The position numbers and the translations under genes were made by a program. This document shows, piece after piece, positions 1 to 9,791 of a DNA stretch of 64,000 nt (the first letter of the stretch is position 1; every line of letters begins with the position of its first letter). Source of the stretch: Porphyridium purpureum (Eukaryota); contig VRMN01000003.1 of assembly GCA_008690995.1 (NCBI GenBank), forward strand, positions 310,001-374,000, written 5' to 3'. Under the pieces are notes generated by a model. The model worked only from the letters and a program-made list of their open reading frames with translations. It did no database searches and had not been told where the DNA came from.

Positions 1-642
1 GCTCGACAGCGGCGGCATGTTGACTCGCGAGCAGCGGATCGTTTCGTGCCATTTCGAAGAGCTCTCTTTGCTGACGTAACATTTCCTCTCGAGACAAGCC
101 CGATTTGTCCGCGTTTCTATTCCGTTTGCTGGCCTTCTCGTCTCCGCGATATTGTTCGTAGGCTTCGTATAGTTGATCGTGGTACTCTGCGCGCGCGTAT
201 GAAATGAAAGTACAACAACACAAGGAACTCAAACGGATATTAGATCAGATCTGTGGCACGCTAGCGTTTCAGATTTTGAAAGGAAAAGACGCATTGAGAA
301 AAAGAAGCTCACGGTTCATGGCGCGAAGTCCCATGTGGCCAAAGTGCTCCGCGACGCTCCGAGCAACGTACCTTCCAGACCGAGCTCGCGCAGCGCCCGC
401 AGGATATGCTCGGGAGTGATTGTCTTGCGCGAGTCCTTCTCACAAATCTCATTTGCCTGCGAGCTGATCATTTGCACAAATTCGGTGCAGCACTGGGCAA
501 GAAGCTCGCGCACCTCGGCCGACAAGCGCATATCGACCGCTGCAGCGATGTCATTCGAAAACTTGTTCACGGTCGCCTTGGGCAGCGCGACGTCGTCGCT
601 CATGCGCCCGCCCCAGTCTTCCTGCTCATCGTCAGAATTCAT
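1..642 (-). CDS. NCB2: Negative cofactor 2 beta / Dr1 histone-fold protein; join(complement(372..642),complement(<1..186)), 3' end outside window
   Basis: Histone-fold motif DDVALPKATVNK...CCTEFVQMISSQANEICEKDSRKTITPEHILRAL. A GTACGT...CAG intron at 371-187 restores the conserved C-terminal SGLSREEMLRQQRELF. Confidence 0.9.
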
Positions 643-799
643 CGAGTCGCCGCATCCACGCAAGAGCGCCCTCCTCGTCCCACCAATTTGTTTCACCTTT
701 ACAAAACGAGCAAACGCGCGCCTATCTTCTACTATAAATTGACTGCGGCTTTCCAGGAAACAAAACGTCGTGAATGCGCGGTTCTCAACTCGGGCGTGA

Positions 800-2338
800 T
801 CAGAACTCCGAGCGCGCCTTGACGTAGGTGGGAGCCCGCTTGTGAGACAGTTCTGGCTCCGCGAAAAAGCCCAGCAAAGCTTGAAGTTGGCGAAGAAGCC
901 GAATGCCAGACACAACAACTTGTACGCCATCCACATCGATTTTAGAGCGTGGCATCCTATTCAACGAAGTCAAATACACAAAATCAGGCAGGCCAGAATG
1001 GTCTGTGGCTCCAGCAGAGCCGGTCTTGGCCTTCGCACTCTCGGCATCTCCACTGTTGTCATTCTCTGCGTCGCTGTCACTGTCACTGCAGTCCTCATCC
1101 TTGTCCAAATTTCTGCTTACTCTTCTTTTTTTGACCTCACGATCAGTTTGGTGGACTCCACCAGGGGCACCGCGCAACGTGTAACGTTGCAGACGCATGT
1201 GTACGCGCACGAGTTGTTTACCATGTTTCCATAACCGCATGATTCGCTGCGCCGGGCTTTGTGACGCATATGCGGGGAGTAAAGTGTCCAGCATGCGCGG
1301 AAACGATTCAAGAGCTTCAATTCTGGACCGTGCCAGTTCCGCGATGGAATTCATGGATAGAGACGCAGAATCATCAAGCTCCAGCATTTTGGCGATTTTC
1401 TTCATGGCTTCCAAAGCCTTCGCATTGACTCGGAACATTCGTACTTGAACTCCAGAAGCATGCTCGGCAGTACTCCTCAAAGTGCTCGCATCGTCATGTG
1501 CAGAGGGGCCAGCGTCTTGAGATGCTAAACCCATTGTTCCAGGCCTTTTCCTGCCTATCCTTATATCGAGTGAATCATCCTGACGCCCTCTTTTCCGGCG
1601 AGATTTGAAGTCTGACGGCGAAGTGCTGATTCCTTTTGAGAGAGCTAGAGACTCAGAAACACCGTAGTCTCGTAAAGCTCGCAAGCAGCATCGTAGAGCC
1701 ACATTCTCATCACACTGCGATGTATCCGCCTCAGGATCTGAGCGAGCGGTGCAGAAGAGAAGGTCAAGAAGGCGCCGGTAGGCTTGAATATGCTCGCTTA
1801 GTTGGTCGATCGGTACGTTACGCGTCAAAGGTAGAAAGGACCGAATGATCACAAGCTCATTTGCGTGAGAAGCGGTGAGCGTCAAATACCGCTGCCCAGC
1901 AGTTTTCATAATAAAGCTTACTTGATCAGATTCCCCAACCCCCTGCACCACCTCGTCTGAGATCTGGAGTTGCTCCTGCAGTCTATGAATCGCAGTCTTA
2001 TTCGAGAAAGGATACACAACGCTGCTCATTGTGTTTTCTGCTGGAGGTCCAGTCACTTCTGTGTCCGGCCGCCTGCTGGTCTTTTTCCGCCTGCTGCCTG
2101 TGCTGTCCATATATCGAGAAAACATATCCTGGTATACGAATTGAGGTATCTCCACCAAAGGAACTCCAAATTTCTTTTTCAGCTTCCGTCGTAAATCAAG
2201 GCGAGTCATGGGTGCCGGTGCCGCAGGATCGCGAGTGCTCATTCTCACACTCACACGATCAGTTTCGCAAACCTCGGACGTCTCAAACGCAATGACGCTG
2301 TCAGTGCTGTCACTGCGTCGGAGCACCTCAGTATCCAT
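800..2338 (-). CDS. Hypothetical protein (~510 aa; basic NLS-like and acidic stretches); start codon uncertain
   Basis: Long open frame with protein-like composition (KSRRKRGR, KKRR, DSDSDAEND); no recognised domain. Confidence 0.6.
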   Translation of the reverse strand: MDTEVLRRSDSTDSVIAFETSEVCETDRVSVRMSTRDPAAPAPMTRLDLRRKLKKKFGVPLVEIPQFVYQDMFSRYMDSTGSRRKKTSRRPDTEVTGPPAENTMSSVVYPFSNKTAIHRLQEQLQISDEVVQGVGESDQVSFIMKTAGQRYLTLTASHANELVIIRSFLPLTRNVPIDQLSEHIQAYRRLLDLLFCTARSDPEADTSQCDENVALRCCLRALRDYGVSESLALSKGISTSPSDFKSRRKRGRQDDSLDIRIGRKRPGTMGLASQDAGPSAHDDASTLRSTAEHASGVQVRMFRVNAKALEAMKKIAKMLELDDSASLSMNSIAELARSRIEALESFPRMLDTLLPAYASQSPAQRIMRLWKHGKQLVRVHMRLQRYTLRGAPGGVHQTDREVKKRRVSRNLDKDEDCSDSDSDAENDNSGDAESAKAKTGSAGATDHSGLPDFVYLTSLNRMPRSKIDVDGVQVVVSGIRLLRQLQALLGFFAEPELSHKRAPTYVKARSEF

Positions 2339-2846
2339 GGGCGCGCGGATCTGTTGCAGCGCGAGACTGACGTCCACGTCTTGCCTCACTGTCACCACTG
2401 CCGAACAGCTTTCCCAAATCCGAATCCTTCGGAACCTGCACTGCCTCACCACCAAGCACCGTTCTTTTCGGTCTACCTTCAGCGCTTGTCTGGTCCGGCT
2501 CAGTGCGTCTCGTATGTCCGTCCTGAGACGTCTCAGGAGCTATCACAGATGCCGGCGCGGTCGAATCTTCGGCAAAAACAGGCTCGACTAGCTGGAATGG
2601 ACACAAGGATGCGAGCGCACAGCACACCAGAAGAGCGACATGAACAAACTCTGTCCAGATTGGCTCGTCGCGACGTGTCAGCGTTTCACCCTTTGACAGC
2701 TTCTCTTGAAGCCGCCAAGCTCGACTGGATGTCGCCTTCTTTGTCGGTCTCGACGTGCAGCGCGCAGTCGTCCCGAGCTGGCGCGTCAGCAAAGAAGGCA
2801 GCAGTGGCGAGCTCGTTATCCACGCAGCGCCAGTGCGTTTAATCAT
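2328..2846 (-). CDS. Hypothetical ~172-aa protein, possibly plastid/thylakoid-lumen targeted
   Basis: ATG at 2846, then a Ser/Thr/Arg-rich N-terminus, a hydrophobic stretch VALLVCCALASL and a PVFA|ED cleavage-like motif. Confidence 0.45.
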   Translation of the reverse strand: MIKRTGAAWITSSPLLPSLLTRQLGTTARCTSRPTKKATSSRAWRLQEKLSKGETLTRRDEPIWTEFVHVALLVCCALASLCPFQLVEPVFAEDSTAPASVIAPETSQDGHTRRTEPDQTSAEGRPKRTVLGGEAVQVPKDSDLGKLFGSGDSEARRGRQSRAATDPRAHGY

Positions 2847-3104
2847 GTCTGACCTGTGGGGGAAACAACACAGTGGGAAACAGCTTAGCAGATGCGCAAA
2901 CTCTGTCTCCACGCCGACAAGATCTCGTCCCAAAAACAAGTGACCGATCTCACACCAAATCTCTTGTGACCCAGACGCGTTGCTGACTCCCGCCGAATAA
3001 AGATGCTTGCAGAATGGAGATAGAAGCCGCGATTCAGACGGCAGAGGTGGGACATGGTTTCGTTGACGAGCGTTGTTCTGCCCAGATTCGGTTGAAAGCA
3101 CGGC

Positions 3105-4994
3105 ATGGATCACGAGCGCCCGATTAAGCGCGCAAGAGTTGGCGTGGCGGAGGACTCTGTGTCGTCGGTTTTTGGGTCGTGGCGATGGTGGAATGATCGC
3201 GCGACCAAATGGATAACCGCCGGGCGGTTGCTTCTGGACCGTGTGGTGCCTCTGCACGGGCGGATGGGAGCTACAGATAGCCATAAGATGAGTGCTCCTT
3301 CATTGTCATTCGAAGGCGATCATGCCAAGCAGGACGTGCCCGTGGCCGTTAGGCTGAAGGTTGAGAACGCACCGTACTACGCGTCGAAGAAAGAGCTGAT
3401 GAAGTACCTGCAGCTGCACAAGGTAGACGCCGCAAATGCCAAGAAAGTCAGCGAACAAGAGTTCTTCATTGTTCGGTTCGACTCGGAAGAAAAGGCTCAA
3501 CACGCGTGGCATGTATTTGAGACACACCCGTGGAAGAAGTGCATCCTGAAGCCCCACCGCTTGCGCGTCGAGGAGAATCGCGATGCGCGCGAGCCTCTCC
3601 GTGAAAGACGCACCGAGCTCATTGGCACAGTGGCACCAGCAGCGCATGCTGACGCAGCGGATGATGTTAGTTTGCTGTGTTCGGCAGACGTTGTGGCGCC
3701 TTTGAGAAAAATACCGTACGAGGTCCAGTGCGCTCAGAAGTCTGCAGCGCTGTGCAAGGCACTCCGCACGACTCACGAGGCGTTGAAAGTCGAGACAGAG
3801 AGAATGGGGAAAGAACGCCGGTTGCAGGGCGGGAAGCATGCTGTAGCTGACACGGCATCGATTTTGAGCTTGGACGCTTTTGTTGAATGTCCGGAGGACG
3901 AGCGCATGTTCTACCGTAATAAGAACGACTTGACGTTCGGATATGAAAAATGGACGGCAAACGAAGCCCTCACTGCTCCAACGCTGGGTTTTCGGATTGG
4001 TCGGAGCGAGAACGGCGAAACGCGGGTTGGAAGCATATCAGATGAGTGCCTGACGGCCTCCAAAACGGCAATATGGGTCGCGCAGCGTATGATGACCGTT
4101 TTATCCCAGGTTCCTGAACTACCAGTGTGGAATCAAGAGACTTCTCGCGGCTTTTGGCGCTCCATCCTGGTGCGAGAGGGCTTCCGGACGCGGCAGTGTG
4201 TGGTGAGTCTTCAAATTTGTAACGCCGAAGTTTCGCCCGACATGGAAACAAGAGCCAAGAAGATTGTTCATGAGGCGCTGATGCCAGCGACTGACGGATG
4301 TCCGCATGCGGATATTATTGGAATTTGTTATCAAGTGAACAAGGAGATGAACAATACCGCAGCGCTCTCGATGGCCCACACAGTCGATGTAGGTGTGGAG
4401 CATTTCGTTGAACAAATTTGTGGCTTGCAATTCCGCATTGGCATGAGCTCCTTTTTTCAGGTCCATACGGGCATGGCAGAGCGCTTGTATCAATTTTTGG
4501 GGGAGTGGGCGAGCTTGAACGAGCAAACAGTCCTGCTTGACATTTGCTGCGGGACGGGCACGATCGCTTTGTCTCAAGCTGCTGCCGTGCATCATGTGAT
4601 AGGGATCGAGATGGTTGCGAGCGCAGTTGCTGATGCCATTCATAATGCCGAGCAGAATGGGATCAAGAACGCGACATTTCTCGTTGGCAAGGCCGAGGAC
4701 ATGATCCGCTCCGCGGTGAAGCTTGCAGGGGACAAGGACTGCGTGGCCATCGTTGACCCGCCGCGCGCCGGCTTGGGTAGCTCCGTTGGCCGTGCCATTC
4801 GCTTGAACCCTCAAATCCGCAAAGTGATCTATGTGTGCTGCGATTCGGGACGGCTTGCCGAGAACATGGTACCGTTTTGCAAACCAGCTTCCAAGAAATT
4901 TTCCGGCATGCCCTTTCGGCTCACGGCGGCGCGCGGCTTTGATCTGTTCCCATACACCGATCACAGTGAACTTGTGGTGCTTCTTGAGCGCTGA
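3105..4994 (+). CDS. TRMT2A: tRNA (uracil-5)-methyltransferase, TRMT2A/Trm2-like, with N-terminal RRM-like region
   Basis: Motifs YRNK, SSFFQVHT, LLDICCGTGTI, IVDPPRAGL, YVCC (catalytic Cys region), DLFPYTDHSE. The start may be a downstream ATG. Confidence 0.9.
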   Translation: MDHERPIKRARVGVAEDSVSSVFGSWRWWNDRATKWITAGRLLLDRVVPLHGRMGATDSHKMSAPSLSFEGDHAKQDVPVAVRLKVENAPYYASKKELMKYLQLHKVDAANAKKVSEQEFFIVRFDSEEKAQHAWHVFETHPWKKCILKPHRLRVEENRDAREPLRERRTELIGTVAPAAHADAADDVSLLCSADVVAPLRKIPYEVQCAQKSAALCKALRTTHEALKVETERMGKERRLQGGKHAVADTASILSLDAFVECPEDERMFYRNKNDLTFGYEKWTANEALTAPTLGFRIGRSENGETRVGSISDECLTASKTAIWVAQRMMTVLSQVPELPVWNQETSRGFWRSILVREGFRTRQCVVSLQICNAEVSPDMETRAKKIVHEALMPATDGCPHADIIGICYQVNKEMNNTAALSMAHTVDVGVEHFVEQICGLQFRIGMSSFFQVHTGMAERLYQFLGEWASLNEQTVLLDICCGTGTIALSQAAAVHHVIGIEMVASAVADAIHNAEQNGIKNATFLVGKAEDMIRSAVKLAGDKDCVAIVDPPRAGLGSSVGRAIRLNPQIRKVIYVCCDSGRLAENMVPFCKPASKKFSGMPFRLTAARGFDLFPYTDHSELVVLLER

Positions 4995-5309
4995 TGGGTC
5001 CCGACTTGCAGTACATGCGTCTGCACCAGTAGGCATCGTGCCGTGCTTCCGAATTGGGAAAACGCACCTCCCGAAATTTCTCTATGTAAAACGGGGTTTT
5101 CCCATAAGAAGTTGGCTCCCGTAAAGGCTTTATGACCCAGGGCGCCGAAAGGACGAAACACGTGACTGGGGCGTTCGCGTATCCCCCACAGACGTGCGCT
5201 TGCCAAGGGAGCGTCACTACATATTGTGCGTGCGAGGTGGGGAGGAGCCATGGAAGCTGCCAGGCCGCTCGGACGGCTCGCATGCGCAGTCAAACATACG
5301 ACGCTGAAC

Positions 5310-6899
5310 ATGTGGGTGGGATCAATGTGGTGTTTTATTTTGTTGCTGATGGTCGGAGGCGCGCACGCGCAGACACGATGTTTGGACGACGATGACTGTA
5401 GCGTACAGCAGTATTGCCAGAGGGTCGCCGTTCCATCAATCGACGGGGTGGATGGCACGTGCCAGCCAATCTCGAATATGCCGTGTGTGTCTGCAAGAAA
5501 CTGTTTGGATTCGGTCATTTCGGACTGTCAGCGTGGCGGCAGGTCTGAGACCGTTTGCAGGTTGAGCTACCGGGAAGATTTCTTTGAATGTCCATCGGGC
5601 CGGTGCACGTGGAATACGCTACCTCCGTGCCTCCTTGCTTGCAATCTGAATCGTAACTGCCCTTCGGGCAAGGTGTGCTCATTTCGTGGATGCTGCATAC
5701 CCGTTGGTGACGGAAAGTTCGAGGGAGATTCTTGCTCGCAGGACTCGGAGTGCCCGGAAGATACTGTTTGTGAGGCAATCACAAGGAGCTGCTTAAAGTT
5801 GCCTTCGATGCAGGTTCTCAATCTGGACTCGTCAAAACGATGTTCTGGTGATCCCGAATGCGATCTTCCTAATGTGTGGTGTGGCTCGATGGGTGGATCT
5901 CTGCGATGTTATGGGGATATGAACACTTCTTCGTGCAATACGTGCACCGCTGACGACCAATGCACCTATGCGTTCGCAGAGGGTCGCTTTCCAACGTACT
6001 GTGACGTGAAGACTGGTTGCTGTCGCGATGGACATTCTGTTGAACAGTTTGAAGCAGGGGAGCGCATAGAATGTGAGAACAAGTGCTCCTTCGGTGATGC
6101 TCCTTGTCAATCTGGCTTTTATTGTGACGATCCGGCGGTTTTGGACCAGCTAGGAACGGGTTGCTGCTTGCCAAGTACGCTTAGCAATTTGCCACGTGCC
6201 TCTGGCCATGCCGGTAGTCCATGCGAGTTCAACTCTGATTGTTTGGAAGGGTACTTCTGTGCTCTCCACGCGAAAGTCTGCTTCCCAGAGTCACGGGCAG
6301 GTGTCCAATTAGCCGCAAAAGAGTGCTTTCCCTCGTCTGCGCAGGTTGAGCTGGCAAATGGCACTTTCCTTTCGATGTCTCATCTTGAGATTGGGCACGA
6401 GGTGCGCGTTTCGCCAACAGAGTTCAGTGAAGTTCTGTTTTGGGGTCATAAGGATCCCGAGCGAGCCTCTTCCCAGTATGTTTCTCTCTTCGTAGGTGCG
6501 GGGAGACCACCGCTTGTGATAAGTCGCGATCATCTTGTGTACGTTCAGGATGAGCTGCGCAAGGCGCGTGACGTTGGCGTCGGGGATGTGATGGTAGATG
6601 GTAGGACAGGAGAAAGGCTGACAGTGGTGAAAGTGGAGACTGGCGTGAAGGCCAAGGGTTTATACAGCCCACATACTCGGCATGGTAACATTGTTGTTGA
6701 CGGCGTGCTTGTATCGAGTTACAGTGCAGTAGCACCAGGCATTGCGCATGCCCTGTTGGCGATCGAACGGGCACTGCGGTACACGGGTGTGAGTCTCTTT
6801 GGATCTCTTCTAGAGGGCGAAACGCCTCACTTTCTCTCCGTCGCCTTGGATGTGTTCAGTACCATGAAGGAATATTTGAAACACGCGTGCATAGTATGA
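5310..6899 (+). CDS. Secreted Cys-rich repeat protein with C-terminal Hedgehog-type Hint/Hog autoprocessing domain
   Basis: Signal peptide MWVGSMWCFILLLMVGGAHA; several CxxDxxC...C repeats; Hint motifs E|CFP (Cys codon 6324), L.IG..V, LVISRDHLVY, GLYSPHTRHGNIVVDGVLVSSY, then AHALLA. An upstream in-frame ATG exists at 5250. Confidence 0.88.
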   Translation: MWVGSMWCFILLLMVGGAHAQTRCLDDDDCSVQQYCQRVAVPSIDGVDGTCQPISNMPCVSARNCLDSVISDCQRGGRSETVCRLSYREDFFECPSGRCTWNTLPPCLLACNLNRNCPSGKVCSFRGCCIPVGDGKFEGDSCSQDSECPEDTVCEAITRSCLKLPSMQVLNLDSSKRCSGDPECDLPNVWCGSMGGSLRCYGDMNTSSCNTCTADDQCTYAFAEGRFPTYCDVKTGCCRDGHSVEQFEAGERIECENKCSFGDAPCQSGFYCDDPAVLDQLGTGCCLPSTLSNLPRASGHAGSPCEFNSDCLEGYFCALHAKVCFPESRAGVQLAAKECFPSSAQVELANGTFLSMSHLEIGHEVRVSPTEFSEVLFWGHKDPERASSQYVSLFVGAGRPPLVISRDHLVYVQDELRKARDVGVGDVMVDGRTGERLTVVKVETGVKAKGLYSPHTRHGNIVVDGVLVSSYSAVAPGIAHALLAIERALRYTGVSLFGSLLEGETPHFLSVALDVFSTMKEYLKHACIV

Positions 6900-6977
6900 G
6901 TGATCACTTCATGCAGGTACTTTCCCTTTTGGCTAGCTTGCTGGCCGAGCTCGTGGTCTTTGACGTCGAGATGACGG

Positions 6978-7598
6978 TCACTGGTAATACATCTCGAGAC
7001 TACTACCGTGACTAATCTCGTAGTCCTGCAGAGACACGTGATCCTTGTAAACGATATATCCTTTCTGGATTCGAATCTTGTCTGCCCGCGTGCCTGTGAG
7101 TAGCGACAACATCCTCTTCAGGTCTCCAATTGTGTCATCTGGGTTGCATTTCACTGTGAATAACACGAACGAAGCGAGGGCGAGAGATATCAAGTAGGTC
7201 AGACCCTTGGCCCAGTGCGCAGGCATGAAGTCGGAACATTAAACAAGCTCTCACGCTGAATATATGAAGGGCATAAATCACATACCTCGAATCTTTTTGC
7301 CTGTGCACTCGTGCTTCAAAAGAACGTCCAGAGTCGAAACATATATACACACATGAGAGCACAGGTTAGTATTGGACTTTATTCAACCATGCCCATGAAC
7401 ATGCAGCCTCTGAAGACAACCAGCCACTGGCGGCTCCGGCAAACCCAGCAGGTCCAGTCTCCACCGGGGCTACCAGGGCGCGATTTTTTTTCTGCTCTTA
7501 CCCACGCCTTATCAGACCAAAGAAACTCTTGGCCGCCAACGAAGTCGCTATGCCGAGAAAAACGTACCGACCCTATCGTTGCAGATAACTTCGATCAT
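6978..7598 (-). CDS. UBL5: Ubiquitin-like protein 5 / Hub1; join(complement(7568..7598),complement(7286..7300),complement(6978..7153))
   Basis: The spliced product [28 protein letters not shown]...LEMYYQ is 73 aa with the terminal YY. Both introns are GT..AG (GTACGT..CACAG and GTATGT..CACAG); TACTAAC branch point at 7365-7371. Confidence 0.95.
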
Positions 7599-7631
7599 CC
7601 TTGACCACCCGCGGACGCTTGAACGACAAAG

Positions 7632-8561
7632 ATGCTCGGCTTTCTCGTATCGTGTCGCGCGCCTCGCTCTCACCTCTCCGGTTTGCGTGCTCAGTTACCG
7701 AAGGACCGCTTCCACAACTCAAGCTTGTGCACGTGGTCGATGTCAAAGAGCGATCAGGACATGAAGCGAGCGTTTTCGACCGAAGTCAATGTGAGCGCGA
7801 GCGCGGAGCCAGGCGTTGATGGAACGAGTTCGACGGGATCCTCCAGAAAGAAACAGCTCAAGTTTGGGGATGACGGCCAACTAGTCGACGCGACCACGTC
7901 GGAGGAGCCTCAAGGCACCAAACGAAGGACAGATGCGGCAAGCGGTGGCGGATATTGGAAAACAGCTCTGACGCAGAAAAGCAAACTTCGAGTCTTGCAT
8001 CAAGGGAAGGACTTCTTTGCAATCAAGGATATCTACCCAAAGGCCCATCAGCATTTGCTACTGGTGTCGGAACTGCAGGGCCTCAATTCGGTGTGGGACC
8101 TCAACACAGCCGAACATTTGGATCACCTCAAAAATATGCTAGAGTACGGAAAATCGTTAGGTCACAAGTTTCCAGGCGATTGTGTGCGTGTGGTGCCCTT
8201 TGTACGAATCGGATTACATGCCATACCTTCCTGTATTCCTCTGCACATTCATGTTATTTCTCAAGACTGCGACTCGGGCTGGATGAAAAGTAAGAAGCAC
8301 TACAACAGCTTCAAGGAACCCTTCTTCCTGGATCTGGAATGGATCATCGAGCATATGGAAGCGGAGCCGCCGCTCGCTCTGACGGATGTGCTCATGAAAA
8401 AGGAAAATTACGAAGAGGCGCTCAAAGCGCCTCTCACCTGTCATCGCTGCGGGAAATCTCTAGAAAATATGCCCAAAGTGAAATGGCATGTGAAGCGCTG
8501 CTCCTCTGCATTTTCCTCGCCGTACGTATACGGCTGGCCGTCCCCCGTACCCAAAGCATAG
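7632..8561 (+). CDS. APTX: Aprataxin (HIT + zinc finger DNA deadenylase)
   Basis: IKDIYPKAHQHLLL, GLHAIPS..PLHIHVISQD, KSKKHYNSF and a C-terminal CHRC..MPKVKWHVKRC zinc finger. Confidence 0.92.
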   Translation: MLGFLVSCRAPRSHLSGLRAQLPKDRFHNSSLCTWSMSKSDQDMKRAFSTEVNVSASAEPGVDGTSSTGSSRKKQLKFGDDGQLVDATTSEEPQGTKRRTDAASGGGYWKTALTQKSKLRVLHQGKDFFAIKDIYPKAHQHLLLVSELQGLNSVWDLNTAEHLDHLKNMLEYGKSLGHKFPGDCVRVVPFVRIGLHAIPSCIPLHIHVISQDCDSGWMKSKKHYNSFKEPFFLDLEWIIEHMEAEPPLALTDVLMKKENYEEALKAPLTCHRCGKSLENMPKVKWHVKRCSSAFSSPYVYGWPSPVPKA

Positions 8562-8615
8562 GCACGATTCGTCGTGGTCCATGCGTTGTGTTGAATGATT
8601 TTCCTTTACTTGGAC

Positions 8616-9791
8616 TTAGTTTGACATATCCAAAACCTTTCGAATCCGCTTCGGAATCCATACAAAAGCATGAAAGAGATCTCCGTTGTCTGCTCGCCCA
8701 AGAAGTGGCTTGCTCACATTATCAGATGGAGACGCAAAGGCTTGATCGAGCCTGAATACACCGAGGCCTATGTTGTAGAACGAAGAAAGTGCGCTGCTGC
8801 ATGGTATTTCCTTGTCGTGGTACGCAAGTTCGGTCTTCAACTTGAGCTGCCCCAAAAGATCATACTCGATGAATTCAGCAGGAAAGACACCGGGTATAGA
8901 TCCCGGCTCGAGCTCCAGAACTCGCTCGGCACGGGCGCGTGCTGCTTCTTGTGATACTGACGCAACGAACGGCAACAGGCGTTTGCGCACAATTCCCGTA
9001 TGGTGCGTTCGTGCGGTCAGCTCTTGACCTACATAGCATCCCTTTGTAAAGCTGACGCCATTGAAAACATCCAAGTTCATTTCCAGCGGTAAGGGAGTGT
9101 CGGCAAACTCCAAAGACGCGGACATACCTTCAGGCACACCGTGCAAGATACGCACACCTCGATGTACGCTTTCTGTGAGTAACTGGGTGCCTTCGCTCTC
9201 ATTGTCTGCCAGCGTCGTGATACTCGGACGTGGAGCGTTCTTTTGCAGGACAGCACGCAAGCCCAAAGCTCCTTCGCGCGAATCCTCAAACCAGCGTGTG
9301 CCTTGATCGCTGCGTCCAGCCTCCATCGTCTTCCCCAGGTCGATCGGTTTTGCTTGCGTATGTGTCCACACCTGCATCCGGCCTGTCTCATCCGAAATAC
9401 TCAGCTGCTTGCGCAGCCGGTGCATGTGCAGGTATTTGACGAGTGACGGAACCGACGTCGCGTCTACGTCGAGTAGTGCTTCGTCGGGCCCGATAAAGTG
9501 GAGAAACGCTTCGGCCATAACTCGTCCACGATGATTCAGAAAAGCACCAAATACAAGCCGCGGAGGAGCATGTTGCCGCTGCTGTTGCAGCAGCTCCCGC
9601 TGATCGCTGTCCAAGCCGACGCGTAGCTTTTCAGCGTGAATGCCAGGCGACGCATACACGTCATTCGTGAACAGACCCTGAAGAAAGTCTGGTGTGTCTG
9701 GACCAACCACGCGGATTACACCGCGCGATCTCAAAGGCGCCACGAAAGAGCTTACAAGATGCAGGCACACCCTGCCGCAGCTTGCCGCCAT
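8616..9791 (-). CDS. IBA57: IBA57/YgfZ folate-binding Fe-S cluster assembly factor
   Basis: RGVIRVVGPD..DFLQGLFTND, FLNHRGR and the signature SFTKGCYVGQELTARTHHTG. Confidence 0.93.
   Translation of the reverse strand: MAASCGRVCLHLVSSFVAPLRSRGVIRVVGPDTPDFLQGLFTNDVYASPGIHAEKLRVGLDSDQRELLQQQRQHAPPRLVFGAFLNHRGRVMAEAFLHFIGPDEALLDVDATSVPSLVKYLHMHRLRKQLSISDETGRMQVWTHTQAKPIDLGKTMEAGRSDQGTRWFEDSREGALGLRAVLQKNAPRPSITTLADNESEGTQLLTESVHRGVRILHGVPEGMSASLEFADTPLPLEMNLDVFNGVSFTKGCYVGQELTARTHHTGIVRKRLLPFVASVSQEAARARAERVLELEPGSIPGVFPAEFIEYDLLGQLKLKTELAYHDKEIPCSSALSSFYNIGLGVFRLDQAFASPSDNVSKPLLGRADNGDLFHAFVWIPKRIRKVLDMSN

Noticed and set aside
316..936. 206-aa single-exon ORF as the NC2beta gene model
   Set aside because: Homology starts at ATG 642 and the frame after 372 is intron; the true C-terminus is in exon <1..186.
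7154..7226. N-terminal MPAHWAKG... extension of UBL5 in the ORF track
   Set aside because: It is intron 2 read-through; splicing yields the canonical 73-aa protein.
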